From: an uncultured Eubacteriales bacterium
Lineage (GTDB): Bacteria > Bacillota > Clostridia > TANB77 > CAG-508
NCBI GenBank assembly: GCA_949287075.1
Contig: CASEEU010000022.1
Coordinates: 32,010 to 96,009 of the forward strand
Length of the DNA stretch: 64,000 nucleotides
Reading direction: 5' to 3'
Made by a program: the position numbers and the translations under genes. Position 1 is the stretch's first letter, and the number at the start of each line of letters is the position of its first letter. Below the pieces are notes generated by a model. The model was not told the DNA's origin and did no database searches. It worked only from the letters and a program-made list of their open reading frames with translations. Shown one piece after another: positions 9,327 to 19,606 of this stretch.

Positions 9327-10376
9327 ATGAAAGAAAAAGTGTTGTTAGGAATGAGTGGTGGCGTAGATAGTTCTGTGTCAGCCATTCTTTTAAAAAAAGC
9401 AGGATATGAAGTCATTGGTTGTACAATGAATTTATTAGATGAACCTAATGAAGAAGCAATAAAGGATGCCAAAAAAGTATGTGAAAAATTAGGTATTGAG
9501 CATCATGTTTTTGATTGCAGAAAAGAATTTAGGTGTCATGTGATTGATACTTTTATTTCTGAATATGAAAATGCAAAAACACCAAATCCTTGTGTGGAAT
9601 GTAACCAATATTTGAAATTTGGTACTTTTTATGACAAGGCAAAAGAATTAGGTTGCAAATATATTGCAACAGGACATTATGCGAAAAAAGAATATTCAGA
9701 AAAATATAAACAATATGTTTTAAGAAAATCAAATGAAGAGAAAAAAGACCAGACATATTTTTTATATACCATTCCAAAAGAAAAAGTAGAGTATATTTTA
9801 TTTCCATTGCAAGATAATATCAGTAAAGAAGATACAAGGCTATTGGCAGAAGAATATGGATTAGAAATTGCCAGTAAAAAAGACAGCCAAGAAATTTGTT
9901 TTATAAAAGATGATGATTATCAAAGATTTTTAAAAGAAAATATGCCAAAACAGCCAAAAAAAGGAAAGATTGTTTTAACAACAGGGGAAATTTTAGGAAT
10001 CCATAATGGATTAATCAATTATACAATAGGGCAAAGAAAAGGTTTAGGAATTTCTTATAAAGAACCATTATATGTTGTAAAATTAGATATTAAAAACAAT
10101 CAAGTAGTTGTTGGTACAGAAACAGAATTATATAATAATCAATTGGAAGCAATGAATGTCAATTGGATTGTAAATGTTGAAAATCAATTAGAAGAAGGAT
10201 TAGAATGTTTTGTGAAAATTCGATATAGGGCAAAAGAAGCAAAAGCAAAAGTAGTAAAAGAAAATGGAATCATAAAAGTGATTTTTAAAGAACCACAAAG
10301 AGCAATTACTCAAGGACAGTCTGTTGTATTTTATGATGAAGATGGAATTGTTTTAGGTGGAGGAAAAATTAAATAA
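9327..10376 (+). CDS. mnmA: tRNA-specific 2-thiouridylase MnmA
   Basis: 349 aa with a PP-loop (SGGVDSS) and catalytic Cys residues, as in MnmA. Confidence 0.92.
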   Translation: MKEKVLLGMSGGVDSSVSAILLKKAGYEVIGCTMNLLDEPNEEAIKDAKKVCEKLGIEHHVFDCRKEFRCHVIDTFISEYENAKTPNPCVECNQYLKFGTFYDKAKELGCKYIATGHYAKKEYSEKYKQYVLRKSNEEKKDQTYFLYTIPKEKVEYILFPLQDNISKEDTRLLAEEYGLEIASKKDSQEICFIKDDDYQRFLKENMPKQPKKGKIVLTTGEILGIHNGLINYTIGQRKGLGISYKEPLYVVKLDIKNNQVVVGTETELYNNQLEAMNVNWIVNVENQLEEGLECFVKIRYRAKEAKAKVVKENGIIKVIFKEPQRAITQGQSVVFYDEDGIVLGGGKIK

Positions 10377-10391
10377 AAAAGTAAAAGAAAA

Positions 10392-10435
10392 AAGGAAGGA
10401 AAATCGTGTTTGGATTTTCCTTCCTTCTCTTTGGT
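10392..10435 (+). terminator. Rho-independent terminator after mnmA
   Basis: Hairpin ggaaggaaaatc...gattttccttcc followed by a T-rich tail. Confidence 0.7.
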
Positions 10436-10464
10436 GATTCCGTCCCATTGTATCGAAGTTTGAT

Positions 10465-10674
10465 TTAAAGATTTTTACCACTTATGGCATAAGCAATTAT
10501 GTTACCGCAAAAAACTAACTTTCTTAGTCCGGGAAGTTTTGGGAAGTCTTCTGCTTTTGGAAGCTTTCCATCTTTGGTTACCTCGAACCTGTGATCGGGA
10601 AGGTGAATTTCCTGAGCCTCAGCTAAAATGAAAATCCATATCCCTAAATTCTGATCCCAGTAAAGGGAGGTCAT
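10465..10674 (-). pseudogene. Possible remnant ORF in a GC-richer patch (69 aa, no recognised family)
   Basis: GC content visibly higher than flanks (about 40%); short ORF with no RBS or context; probably foreign gene debris. Confidence 0.25.
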
Positions 10675-10731
10675 TGGGTTGAGTTTTCAATGCTGCATTT
10701 TAATTATATCATGTTTACATAAGAAAGTTAA

Positions 10732-11427
10732 TTATTTGCTATTCACGATTTCATCAGCCTGTGCTTGTGTAATATATTCATTTTCCACCATTGTTTTTAA
10801 AACATGAGCTTGTCTTTGATTTGCTAAATCTGGATTAACGGTTGGAGCATAGACAGAAGGGGCATTGGGAACACCAGCAAGCATAGAAGCCTCATCTAAA
10901 TTTAAATCTTTTGGGGCTTTATTATAATATCCCATACTCGCATCATAAATCCCATAATAGCCATCTCCAAAATAAGCACTATTCACATATAAAGCAAAAA
11001 TTTCATCTTTTGAAAAATTTTGCTCTAAATCATAAGCAGCAAATAGTTCACCTAATTTTCTTGTTGCAGTTTCTTCTTGTGTAAAGACTAAATTTTTGGC
11101 AACTTGTTGTGTAATGGTACTACCACCTTCTTGTAACTCACCAGTTCTAAAGTTTGTCCAAAGTGCTCGAGCAATACCAATAAAATCAACAGGACCATGG
11201 TCATAATATCTTCTATCTTCTACAGAGATAACTGCATGGATATAATCTTGAGATAATTCACTAAAAGGGGTATAGTGTTCATCTTCTGTTACTTCTGATG
11301 TTCTTGTCAACAATGGCTTTTCATCTAATGCTTTAGAATAGCTAACAAAACCAATGATGCCACATACAATAACAGCAATTAAAATCAATATAAAAATAAT
11401 CAATAATAATTTTCTAAAAAGTTTCAT
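10732..11427 (-). CDS. mtgA: Monofunctional peptidoglycan glycosyltransferase (GT51 transglycosylase)
   Basis: 231 aa with an N-terminal TM anchor and GT51 motifs (EDRRYYDH, GGSTITQQVAKN). Confidence 0.85.
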   Translation of the reverse strand: MKLFRKLLLIIFILILIAVIVCGIIGFVSYSKALDEKPLLTRTSEVTEDEHYTPFSELSQDYIHAVISVEDRRYYDHGPVDFIGIARALWTNFRTGELQEGGSTITQQVAKNLVFTQEETATRKLGELFAAYDLEQNFSKDEIFALYVNSAYFGDGYYGIYDASMGYYNKAPKDLNLDEASMLAGVPNAPSVYAPTVNPDLANQRQAHVLKTMVENEYITQAQADEIVNSK

Positions 11428-11566
11428 AAATTCTCCTTTTTGTACAGTATATACTATATAAAAAGATTTTTAAAGATAATTCATAAAATTTTAATAAAGA
11501 AAATACATTCATAAGAATTAAGTTAAGACATAAAATAATATAAATCAATATAAAAAGGAGGATGTT

Positions 11567-12397
11567 ATGGAACAAACTGTCAATTTTACTAAAATGCATG
11601 GATTGGGAAATGATTATATTTACATAGAAGCCATAAAAGGTAATCATCAAATAGATGAAGAAAAAAATATACAAAAGATCGTACGCTATTTATCAGATAG
11701 ACATTTTGGGATTGGAGGAGATGGCGTTATTTTTATAGAAAAAAGTAAAAATGCAGATTTTAAAATGAGAATGTTTAATAGTGATGGTTCTGAAGCAGAA
11801 ATGTGTGGAAATGGTATACGTTGTTTTGCAAAATATGTATATGACGAAGGATTTACACAAAAAGAAATTATAAAGATTGAAACTTTAGCAGGAATAAAAG
11901 AAGTAACATTCATAAAAGATAAACAAAATAGAATAGAAAAGGTGAAAGTAAATATGGGAATTCCCAAAATAGAAGAAAAGAAACAGATATTCCTTTTTGA
12001 CGAAAAGATGGAGATAAATGTTATATCTATGGGAAATCCACATGCAATCATATTTGTAGATAATGTAGAACATATAGACATAGAAAAGTATGGATCATTT
12101 ATAGAAAATCATGAAATATTTCCTCAAAAAACGAATGTAGAATTTGTACAAATTTTGGATAAAAATTTAATAAAAATGAGAGTATGGGAAAGAGGAGCAG
12201 GAGAAACTCTAGCTTGTGGAACAGGTGCATGTGCATCTGTTGTGGCAGGAGTAATCAACAATTTAACAAGAAGAAAAGTGAAAACATTATTAACTGGTGG
12301 AGAGTTAGAAATTGAATGGGAAAAGGAAACAAATGAAATATATATGACAGGAATTGCGACAAAAGTATTTGATGGAAAAATAAAATTGGACATTTGA
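11567..12397 (+). CDS. dapF: Diaminopimelate epimerase
   Basis: 276 aa; MHGLGNDYIYIE start, catalytic Cys motifs (EMCGNGIRC and ACGTGACAS). Confidence 0.92.
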   Translation: MEQTVNFTKMHGLGNDYIYIEAIKGNHQIDEEKNIQKIVRYLSDRHFGIGGDGVIFIEKSKNADFKMRMFNSDGSEAEMCGNGIRCFAKYVYDEGFTQKEIIKIETLAGIKEVTFIKDKQNRIEKVKVNMGIPKIEEKKQIFLFDEKMEINVISMGNPHAIIFVDNVEHIDIEKYGSFIENHEIFPQKTNVEFVQILDKNLIKMRVWERGAGETLACGTGACASVVAGVINNLTRRKVKTLLTGGELEIEWEKETNEIYMTGIATKVFDGKIKLDI

Positions 12398-12428
12398 GAA
12401 TATGTATTCTTAAATGTCCAATTAGATA

Positions 12429-13937
12429 TTAAGATATTTTTTTACTTTCTTTTTGTGAAGCAATCATTTCATCTATGATTTCAGCAATGACAACACGTTC
12501 ATTATAAGGATATTTTACACCCATATATTCAATATAAAGATCATTACCAAGACCAGGAATAACTAAAATATCATCTTTATTCATCATATGAATGGCATAT
12601 CGGATGGCTTCTGTTCTATTTAAAATAACCGTATAGGCACCACCAGATTTTTTTAGACCAACTTCAATATCTGCTAATATTTTTCTAGGATCTTCTGTTC
12701 TTACTTGATCAGATGTTAAAACAGTGAAATCAGCTAATGTTCCTGAAATTTCACCCATGATAGGACGTTTTTTAGCATCTCTGTCACCACCGACACCCCA
12801 AGTACAGATAACTCTACCTTTGGTATATGGTTTTACAGTTTTTAAAATAGATTCTAAGCTAGAAGGTGTATGTGCATAATCAATCATGATGGTATAACCT
12901 AATTTATTAGGAACCAATTCACTTCTACCAAAAACACTAAATGGATTTAATCCATTTTTAATACTATCAATGGTAGCTCCAAAATATCTAGTTACAGCAA
13001 TAGCACCAAGTGCATTGTAAGCCATATATTTTCCTGGGATAGATACAGTTACATTATCTGTATAGTCATTTGTGATTAAATCAAATGAAACAGAAGCATT
13101 GGTATAAGAGAAATCTTTTGCCATGACATCCGCTTTATGGTCAATTCCAAAAGTGATGATAGATTTGTTTCCTAGTAAATCAACGGCTTTTCTAGTATAA
13201 TCATTGTCTAAATTAAGAACACAAACAGGAGCTAATTTCATGATAGAAAGCTTTGCTTGATAATAATCTTCCATATTAGGATGTTCATTAGGACTGATAT
13301 GATCTTCACTTAAATTTGTGAAAAGACAAATATCAAAATCACATCCAACAACTCTATCAAGTTTCATAGATTGAGAAGAAACTTCTAGAATAGCAATATC
13401 AACACCTTCTTTAACCATCATATCTAAAGATTGTTGTATTTTATAACTTTCAGGTGTCGTTCTGTCTGTAATTTCTAATTGTTCATCATTAATGTAAATA
13501 GCAATACTTCCAATTAATCCTACTTTATATCCTTGTTTTTGTAAAATAGATTTTATCATAAAAGTAGATGTGGTTTTACCTTTTGTTCCTGTAACACCAA
13601 TTAGTTTTAATTTTTTAGAAGGATGATCATATAAATTACAACTGCATAATCCTAAATTTTTTCTAATAGAATCAACTTTTATTATAGGAATATTTGGATA
13701 ATTCACATCATCCATATTGGTATCTTGATCAACCACAATAGCAACTGCACCATTATCAATTGCACTATCGATAAAAGCAAGTCCATTTAATTTGTAACCA
13801 TTAATGGCAAAAAAAAGTCCATTCGGTTTTATGAGACGAGAATCAGAAGATATATTTGTGATTTCTACATTTAAATCACCTTTAGAATCCATAATATCAA
13901 TATCTTTGAAAACATCTTTTAATTTCATATTTAACAC
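12429..13937 (-). CDS. murE2: Second Mur ligase E paralog (UDP-MurNAc-L-Ala-D-Glu:diamino-acid ligase) carrying DQVR in place of the canonical DNPR motif
   Basis: 502 aa, full three-domain Mur ligase (GVTGTKGKTTST P-loop, MIDYAHTP); C-terminal region reads TSDQVRTEDP whereas the dcw-cluster MurE at 52447 has TSDNPRTEDP. Confidence 0.8.
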   Translation of the reverse strand: MLNMKLKDVFKDIDIMDSKGDLNVEITNISSDSRLIKPNGLFFAINGYKLNGLAFIDSAIDNGAVAIVVDQDTNMDDVNYPNIPIIKVDSIRKNLGLCSCNLYDHPSKKLKLIGVTGTKGKTTSTFMIKSILQKQGYKVGLIGSIAIYINDEQLEITDRTTPESYKIQQSLDMMVKEGVDIAILEVSSQSMKLDRVVGCDFDICLFTNLSEDHISPNEHPNMEDYYQAKLSIMKLAPVCVLNLDNDYTRKAVDLLGNKSIITFGIDHKADVMAKDFSYTNASVSFDLITNDYTDNVTVSIPGKYMAYNALGAIAVTRYFGATIDSIKNGLNPFSVFGRSELVPNKLGYTIMIDYAHTPSSLESILKTVKPYTKGRVICTWGVGGDRDAKKRPIMGEISGTLADFTVLTSDQVRTEDPRKILADIEVGLKKSGGAYTVILNRTEAIRYAIHMMNKDDILVIPGLGNDLYIEYMGVKYPYNERVVIAEIIDEMIASQKESKKIS

Positions 13938-14049
13938 CTCTTAATTTGTTTTATTGTTTATGCTTTTTATATTATAAAACTTTTTTTTATAAAAGTACAG
14001 GAAAAAAGAAAAAATACAGAAAAAATAAAATAACAAAGCAACAAGTTAT

Positions 14050-14235
14050 CATTCGGTGTCGAATTCCTGAAGGATATATATATTATATTTTTCGCTATCC
14101 CAACACTTTACAGACTTTAACGAAATCAGCTCCCACGGGACTGTCGCTGATTTCATAAGAGTCTGTGCGTGTCGGTCCCCACGAAACCCGCTTAAAATAT
14201 AATATATATATTCTCCAAGAATTCGACACCGAACT
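14050..14235. repeat. Palindromic element B: 42-nt near-perfect terminal inverted repeats with a 7-nt internal mismatch patch, plus a nested stem acagact...gaaatcagc
   Basis: cattcggtgtcgaattcctgaaggatatatatattatatttt pairs with its reverse complement at the other end; lies between the divergent murE2 and dapL. Confidence 0.75.
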
Positions 14236-14358
14236 GTAATAGTTGCAAAACATATATAGATGTGATAGAATGGCGGTGGATAAAATATAACTATATTTTA
14301 TTAATAAAAGTTTAATTTTCTCAAATTAAACGGTATATATAGAAAGGAATTTAATAAA

Positions 14359-15594
14359 ATGAGTAAAATCAATGAAAATTTTTTGAATTTACAAGATAGC
14401 TACTTATTTTCTACTATAGCAAAAAAAGTAGCCGAATACACAAAAAATCATCCAGATAAGGAAATGATTAAATTAGGAATAGGAGATGTTACAAAACCAA
14501 TTGTTCCAGCTTGTTTAGAAGCAATGCATAAAGCAGTTGATGAAATTGGAACGCCAGAAGGATTTAAAGGATATGGTCCAGAACAAGGATATGAATTTTT
14601 AAGAAGAGCTATTGTAGAAAATGACTATAAAGCAAGAGGCGTGGATATAGAGCTAGATGAAGTATTTGTATCAGATGGGGCAAAATGCGATTGTGGTAAC
14701 ATTGTCGACATATTTGCAAAAGAGAATAAGGTTGCGATTACTGATCCTGTATATCCAGTATACTTAGACACAAATGTTATGTCAGGTAGAAGTGGAAAAT
14801 ATAAGGAAGAAACAGGAACATATGAAAATATTGTATACTTACCAGTAACAGCTGAAAATGATTTTAAACCAGCTTTACCAAAAGAAAAAGTAGATATGAT
14901 ATATTTATGTTTCCCAAATAATCCAACAGGAACGGTATTAACCAAAGAAGATTTAAAAGTTTGGGTAGATTATGCAAAAGAAAATAACAGTATTATATTA
15001 TATGATGCTGCATATGAAGCATTTATAGAAGAAGATAATGTACCACATAGTATTTATGAAGTAGAAGGTGCAAAAGATGTAGCTATTGAATTTAAGAGTT
15101 ACTCAAAGACTGCAGGATTTACAGGTGTTAGATGTGCTTATGTAGTAATTCCAAAAACAGTAAAAGGCTATACAAAAACTGGAGAGGCAGTTGAATTTAA
15201 TAAACTTTGGAATAGAAGAACTTGTACAAAATTTAATGGTGTATCATATATTGTACAAAGAGCAGCAGAAGCTACTTATACACCAGAAGGAAGAAAACAA
15301 ATAGAAGAAAATATAGGGTATTATAAAGAAAACGCTAGAATTATCAAAAACGGATTAGAAGAAGCAGGGTTTACTGTATATGGAGCTGTAAATTCACCAT
15401 ATATTTGGTTAAAAGTACCAGAAGGAATGACTTCATGGGAATTCTTTGATAAACTCTTAGAAGAGGTAAACATTGTGGGAACACCAGGAAGTGGATTTGG
15501 ACCTCATGGAGAAGGATATTTTAGACTAACTGCTTTTGGAACAAAAGAAAATACAATAAAAGCAATTGAAAGAATAAAAAATTGGAATATATAA
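14359..15594 (+). CDS. dapL: LL-diaminopimelate aminotransferase
   Basis: 411 aa PLP aminotransferase with the characteristic DapL N-terminus [23 protein letters not shown] and a lysine in [10 protein letters not shown]. Confidence 0.88.
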   Translation: MSKINENFLNLQDSYLFSTIAKKVAEYTKNHPDKEMIKLGIGDVTKPIVPACLEAMHKAVDEIGTPEGFKGYGPEQGYEFLRRAIVENDYKARGVDIELDEVFVSDGAKCDCGNIVDIFAKENKVAITDPVYPVYLDTNVMSGRSGKYKEETGTYENIVYLPVTAENDFKPALPKEKVDMIYLCFPNNPTGTVLTKEDLKVWVDYAKENNSIILYDAAYEAFIEEDNVPHSIYEVEGAKDVAIEFKSYSKTAGFTGVRCAYVVIPKTVKGYTKTGEAVEFNKLWNRRTCTKFNGVSYIVQRAAEATYTPEGRKQIEENIGYYKENARIIKNGLEEAGFTVYGAVNSPYIWLKVPEGMTSWEFFDKLLEEVNIVGTPGSGFGPHGEGYFRLTAFGTKENTIKAIERIKNWNI

Positions 15595-15604
15595 TAAAGA
15601 GGAA

Positions 15605-15641
15605 AACAATTAGAGATTTTATTTCTAATTGTTTTTTCGTT
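15605..15641 (+). terminator. Rho-independent terminator after dapL
   Basis: Hairpin aacaattaga...tctaattgtt followed by a T run. Confidence 0.65.
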
Positions 15642-15705
15642 TAAAATAAAACAATACAATTGAAAAAAAATTAAGTAAAAGGTATAATACAATGGGTGAA
15701 GAAAA

Positions 15706-16491
15706 ATGGAGAAAACGAAAAAGGAAATATTTTTAAATAAACTCATAAAAAGAATGAAAGAAGAGGAAAAAAATATTGATAAAGCAAGTCAAATAGATAG
15801 AAAACATTATAAAATGAAAGTGAATATCAATAGATTTATACAAATTACTGAAAATCTAAAAGATAAAGATATAGGAATATTTACAGACGAAAATGTAATG
15901 ATAACACATAATGGAAATCCCTATATAACATTCATTTTAGTAATTAAAGCAATTTGTAGTAATACCAATTTAGAGATATGTGTAAATGAAACAATGGTAG
16001 GAGTCAATAGTGTGATTGTGAAAATCATAGAAGAAGTATTAAAAGAATTAAGGATACATCTACAGATTGAGGTTATAAGAAATTTAGAAATATTAAAAAA
16101 TAAAAAAGAAACGAAAATCATTGTTTTGCAAGATAAAGCACAATATTCAAAATTACGAAAAGCAAAAGTCCAAAATGTATATTATAGACCAATATATAAT
16201 GTGGCTTTATACATAGATGATGAAGAATTTGAAGAAATCAAACAAGATATCATACAATATTGTGATGAGAATTTTATAGAAATAGAAATATATGATGCAG
16301 ATAATGTGGAAGATGCAATAGAACAATTAGAGGCAGACAATGAAGGGGAATATGCGTTAATTCTAACAAAGCAAAAAATAGATAAAGATAAAATAAAAGA
16401 ATTAAAGGAAAAAGAGAATATAGAAATGAACATTAATAAAAATATTTTAACAGAATTAGAAGAAAGAATCATAAATAAAAAAATTGGATAA
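15706..16491 (+). CDS. Hypothetical protein (first gene of an operon of unknowns)
   Basis: 261 aa with no recognised motif; tightly followed by the next two genes. Confidence 0.5.
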   Translation: MEKTKKEIFLNKLIKRMKEEEKNIDKASQIDRKHYKMKVNINRFIQITENLKDKDIGIFTDENVMITHNGNPYITFILVIKAICSNTNLEICVNETMVGVNSVIVKIIEEVLKELRIHLQIEVIRNLEILKNKKETKIIVLQDKAQYSKLRKAKVQNVYYRPIYNVALYIDDEEFEEIKQDIIQYCDENFIEIEIYDADNVEDAIEQLEADNEGEYALILTKQKIDKDKIKELKEKENIEMNINKNILTELEERIINKKIG

Positions 16492-16505
16492 GTAGGTGAG
16501 AGAAA

Positions 16506-17348
16506 ATGGCAACTGTAAGAGAAATGAAGAATTTATTAAGCAAAGTAGAGATAACAATCAGTGAAGATGATATAAGAGATGCAATAGAAATTGTACAAAA
16601 AGGAGAAACATTAAAAGCGGGAGAAACAATAGAAGATAAGCTTTTAAATAATGCATCAAATATTAATTTTAAAAAATTATTAATCATTATTGTTAAGAGA
16701 AGACAAGAATTATTAAATAGATATAAAAGTCAAAAAGTATCTAATCTTTTAGAGGAAATGAATGAGAAACAATTAGAAAAAGCAATCAAATTTGCAAAAG
16801 CATATATCAAACCAGAAGAATTCGTGAAAGTAGTGACATTAGATTATACATCTGAAGGAGAACCGCCTATACGTAGAATGATAGATTCTAAAACAGTTGT
16901 ATATGGTCAAAAGATAGAAGAGAAAAACAAACTGTATGAAAAAATAAAAGATACATTACCAGATTTAGAAGTGGTTATGTTTATGGAATTATTCAAAAAT
17001 ATATTAGAAGATGACAATTTAGCAAAATTAGAATTTAAAGAACAAGTGAATGATTTTATGATACAAGAGAATATAGATTCAAAAACGATAGATACATTTT
17101 GGAAAAGTATACCAAAAGCTGAAAGTGACGAAGAAGTAAAAAACATATGTGCAGTTATTAACAAGAAAAAATTTAACGAAAGGATGAGAGACTTAATTCA
17201 AATTTGGGGACCATATATCAATGCAGAAAAATGTATTTTATTTTATGGATGTTGTATTGGTAATGAATTAGAAAAACGGAAAACCATTAGATCTAAAAGA
17301 GACGATTTTCTTGAAAAACATGGAAGATTTATTAAAAGATATTCATAA
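16506..17348 (+). CDS. Hypothetical protein (second gene of the operon of unknowns)
   Basis: 280 aa, charged and helical; C-terminal YGCCIGN motif. Confidence 0.5.
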   Translation: MATVREMKNLLSKVEITISEDDIRDAIEIVQKGETLKAGETIEDKLLNNASNINFKKLLIIIVKRRQELLNRYKSQKVSNLLEEMNEKQLEKAIKFAKAYIKPEEFVKVVTLDYTSEGEPPIRRMIDSKTVVYGQKIEEKNKLYEKIKDTLPDLEVVMFMELFKNILEDDNLAKLEFKEQVNDFMIQENIDSKTIDTFWKSIPKAESDEEVKNICAVINKKKFNERMRDLIQIWGPYINAEKCILFYGCCIGNELEKRKTIRSKRDDFLEKHGRFIKRYS

Positions 17349-19410
17349 ACATACAAAGATTAGTGATAATGAAGAAAAGTGGTTTGGAATAGAGGATATT
17401 TATGGAGTTTTTTCTAAGTGGAATCCAGAAACAGGAGAATATTGTACAGATAAAGATTTAATGACGGGAAAAAAATTATTGAGTGAAACAAATGGTTATG
17501 AAAACTATTGTAACAAGGAAGAATTAAAAAAGATTGCACAGGCAGAACAAAACTTGTTATATTTAGCACAAACGAAAAAATTAAGCAATGCAACTATCTA
17601 TACAATTGCCATGAATCATCCTGTATCAGAAGATACTTTAGCAGGATTATATCAATGTGGTGCTTTTAGTCTAAAACGAGTAGAAACATATGCTAGCCAA
17701 AAAGGCATGAATCTAAATCAAATAAAAGAAAAAATCAAAGAACAAAAACTTCAGGAAAATGAAATAGTGGATTTAAATAATAAAGAAACTTGGGACTTAC
17801 TAACACCAGATGAAAGATTACAGATAGCTGCCAAAAGCATAGAGAATGGAAATTATGAAACAATAAAAGGAAGAATAGAAGAACTTTATGACATACAAGA
17901 AATCGCCAATTTATATAAAGAACTTTACCATGAAAGAGAGCAAGAAGAACAAAATCAAGAATTTCAAGAAAAAAGAAAGAAATACAAAAATTTAATAATA
18001 TTACACAATGCCTTAGGAATGCAAAATAGAGAAGATATCATACTTTTGTTAGAAGAAGACTTAAGTGATGAAATGTTGACCAATTTATATAGTGATTATG
18101 TCATTAGTATGGATGTTCTTGAAAGTTATGGAGATAAAGAATTGGTAATAGAAGCATTTGAACAGGGAAAACTTCATGAAAAAGATATGAAAGAAGCGAT
18201 TTTAAGATATCCAATACCATTAGAAGAACAACAAATTTATCAATATTATCAACAAAATATTTTAATCCCAAGAGATATATTAACATTATATATAAATGAT
18301 AGAATCAACTTAGATACGATTAAAAGAATCAATGAGAAATTGCCAGAAGAACAAAAAATAGATTTAGAATTAAAAGAAGAAGAATTAGCAAATCTATATC
18401 AAAATGCTAAAAAGGAAAAGAAACGTAAACATGTAAATAGTGATATCATTGTGAAATATAAAAGATATGGATTATTATACCAAACACTAAAAAGAGAAAA
18501 TTTAAATGAAGAAGAAAAACTGGAATCAGATAAAAAAATACTAGAACATATGACAGATGTTACACAAGAAGATATCATGGAACTATACAAAGATAATTTA
18601 TTAATCTTAGAAACTGTATTACAACAAGGAGGAAATGATTTAGTAAAAAAATTAACCCTTCAAGGTGATTTGAGAACAAATGATGCAAGAAGATATTTTG
18701 AATCTGAGAAAGAAAAAGTAAGTATAGAGGAAATATTACAAAATCCAGATATGGATGAAACAGAAAAATTGATATTAATCTATACAACATATGGTGACAA
18801 TGTCAAGAAAAGAGAAAAATTAGTAAAAAACTATATTTCTGCATATGCATCAGATATAAAAGGAGAAAACACAACAACCAGAAAGAAAAAAGAGGAAGAA
18901 GAGAGGCTAACAAGTGGTAAAAATACAGTAACAGATCCATATCAAAGATGGAAACTTTTAGCATTATTAGATAAAAATTATAGTAGAAAATATGTAGGTG
19001 GATATTTAATTGTCAAATTACACAATACACAAAAAGCCATTATAGAAAAGTTGTATGGAAAAAAGTATGGGGAAGTAGAACCAGGATATAATGCATCAAC
19101 ATTTTGTTTAGCAACAGAAGAATATGAAAAATTAGAACCAGAACTCATTAGAGATAAAAATAAAGGTAAAAGATTTGATATTGCAAAATTAAGAAAGGAA
19201 GCAAGAAATCATCCAGAAATCATTACAAAAGTAACACATCATTCTGCCAGATATGATGAAAAAGGAAATGAAAAAAACAGTTGGGTAAAAAGATTATTAC
19301 AATATGTGTGTGATAAAGAACCAGAAAAAGTATATACAGAAGAGGAATTGAAGCAAATCAGCGAATGTTCAAAAGCAATTGAAAATTCCAGAAAAGAAAT
19401 AGAAAGATGA
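17311..19410 (+). CDS. Hypothetical large charged helical protein (third gene of the operon of unknowns)
   Basis: 699 aa, overlaps the upstream gene by 38 nt (translational coupling), Glu/Lys-rich, no enzymatic motifs recognised. Confidence 0.5.
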   Translation: MKNMEDLLKDIHKHTKISDNEEKWFGIEDIYGVFSKWNPETGEYCTDKDLMTGKKLLSETNGYENYCNKEELKKIAQAEQNLLYLAQTKKLSNATIYTIAMNHPVSEDTLAGLYQCGAFSLKRVETYASQKGMNLNQIKEKIKEQKLQENEIVDLNNKETWDLLTPDERLQIAAKSIENGNYETIKGRIEELYDIQEIANLYKELYHEREQEEQNQEFQEKRKKYKNLIILHNALGMQNREDIILLLEEDLSDEMLTNLYSDYVISMDVLESYGDKELVIEAFEQGKLHEKDMKEAILRYPIPLEEQQIYQYYQQNILIPRDILTLYINDRINLDTIKRINEKLPEEQKIDLELKEEELANLYQNAKKEKKRKHVNSDIIVKYKRYGLLYQTLKRENLNEEEKLESDKKILEHMTDVTQEDIMELYKDNLLILETVLQQGGNDLVKKLTLQGDLRTNDARRYFESEKEKVSIEEILQNPDMDETEKLILIYTTYGDNVKKREKLVKNYISAYASDIKGENTTTRKKKEEEERLTSGKNTVTDPYQRWKLLALLDKNYSRKYVGGYLIVKLHNTQKAIIEKLYGKKYGEVEPGYNASTFCLATEEYEKLEPELIRDKNKGKRFDIAKLRKEARNHPEIITKVTHHSARYDEKGNEKNSWVKRLLQYVCDKEPEKVYTEEELKQISECSKAIENSRKEIER

Positions 19411-19417
19411 TATTGTA

Positions 19418-19460
19418 AAGAGAAACCATATGGAATTTAGGTAGGTTTCTCTTTAACAAT
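19418..19460 (+). terminator. Rho-independent terminator after the three-gene operon
   Basis: Hairpin aaagagaaacc...ggtttctcttt. Confidence 0.65.
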
Positions 19461-19606
19461 TTGTAAATAGAAAAATACTTATCATTTAATATACAACAAT
19501 ATCATATTTAAAGAAATTAAATAAAAACAAAAGTTCGAAAGATATTGACTTTTTTAGATGGAATTTATATAATGTGAAAGAACAAAAAATAGAAAAGGAG
19601 CAAAAA

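Noticed and set aside
13946-14358. Possible lysine riboswitch (L-box) upstream of dapL and next to murE2
   Set aside because: None of the conserved L-box segments was found (GAGGCGC, GGUGAAAGGG, UGGAGAGCU-like helices). The structured sequence here is the long palindrome B.
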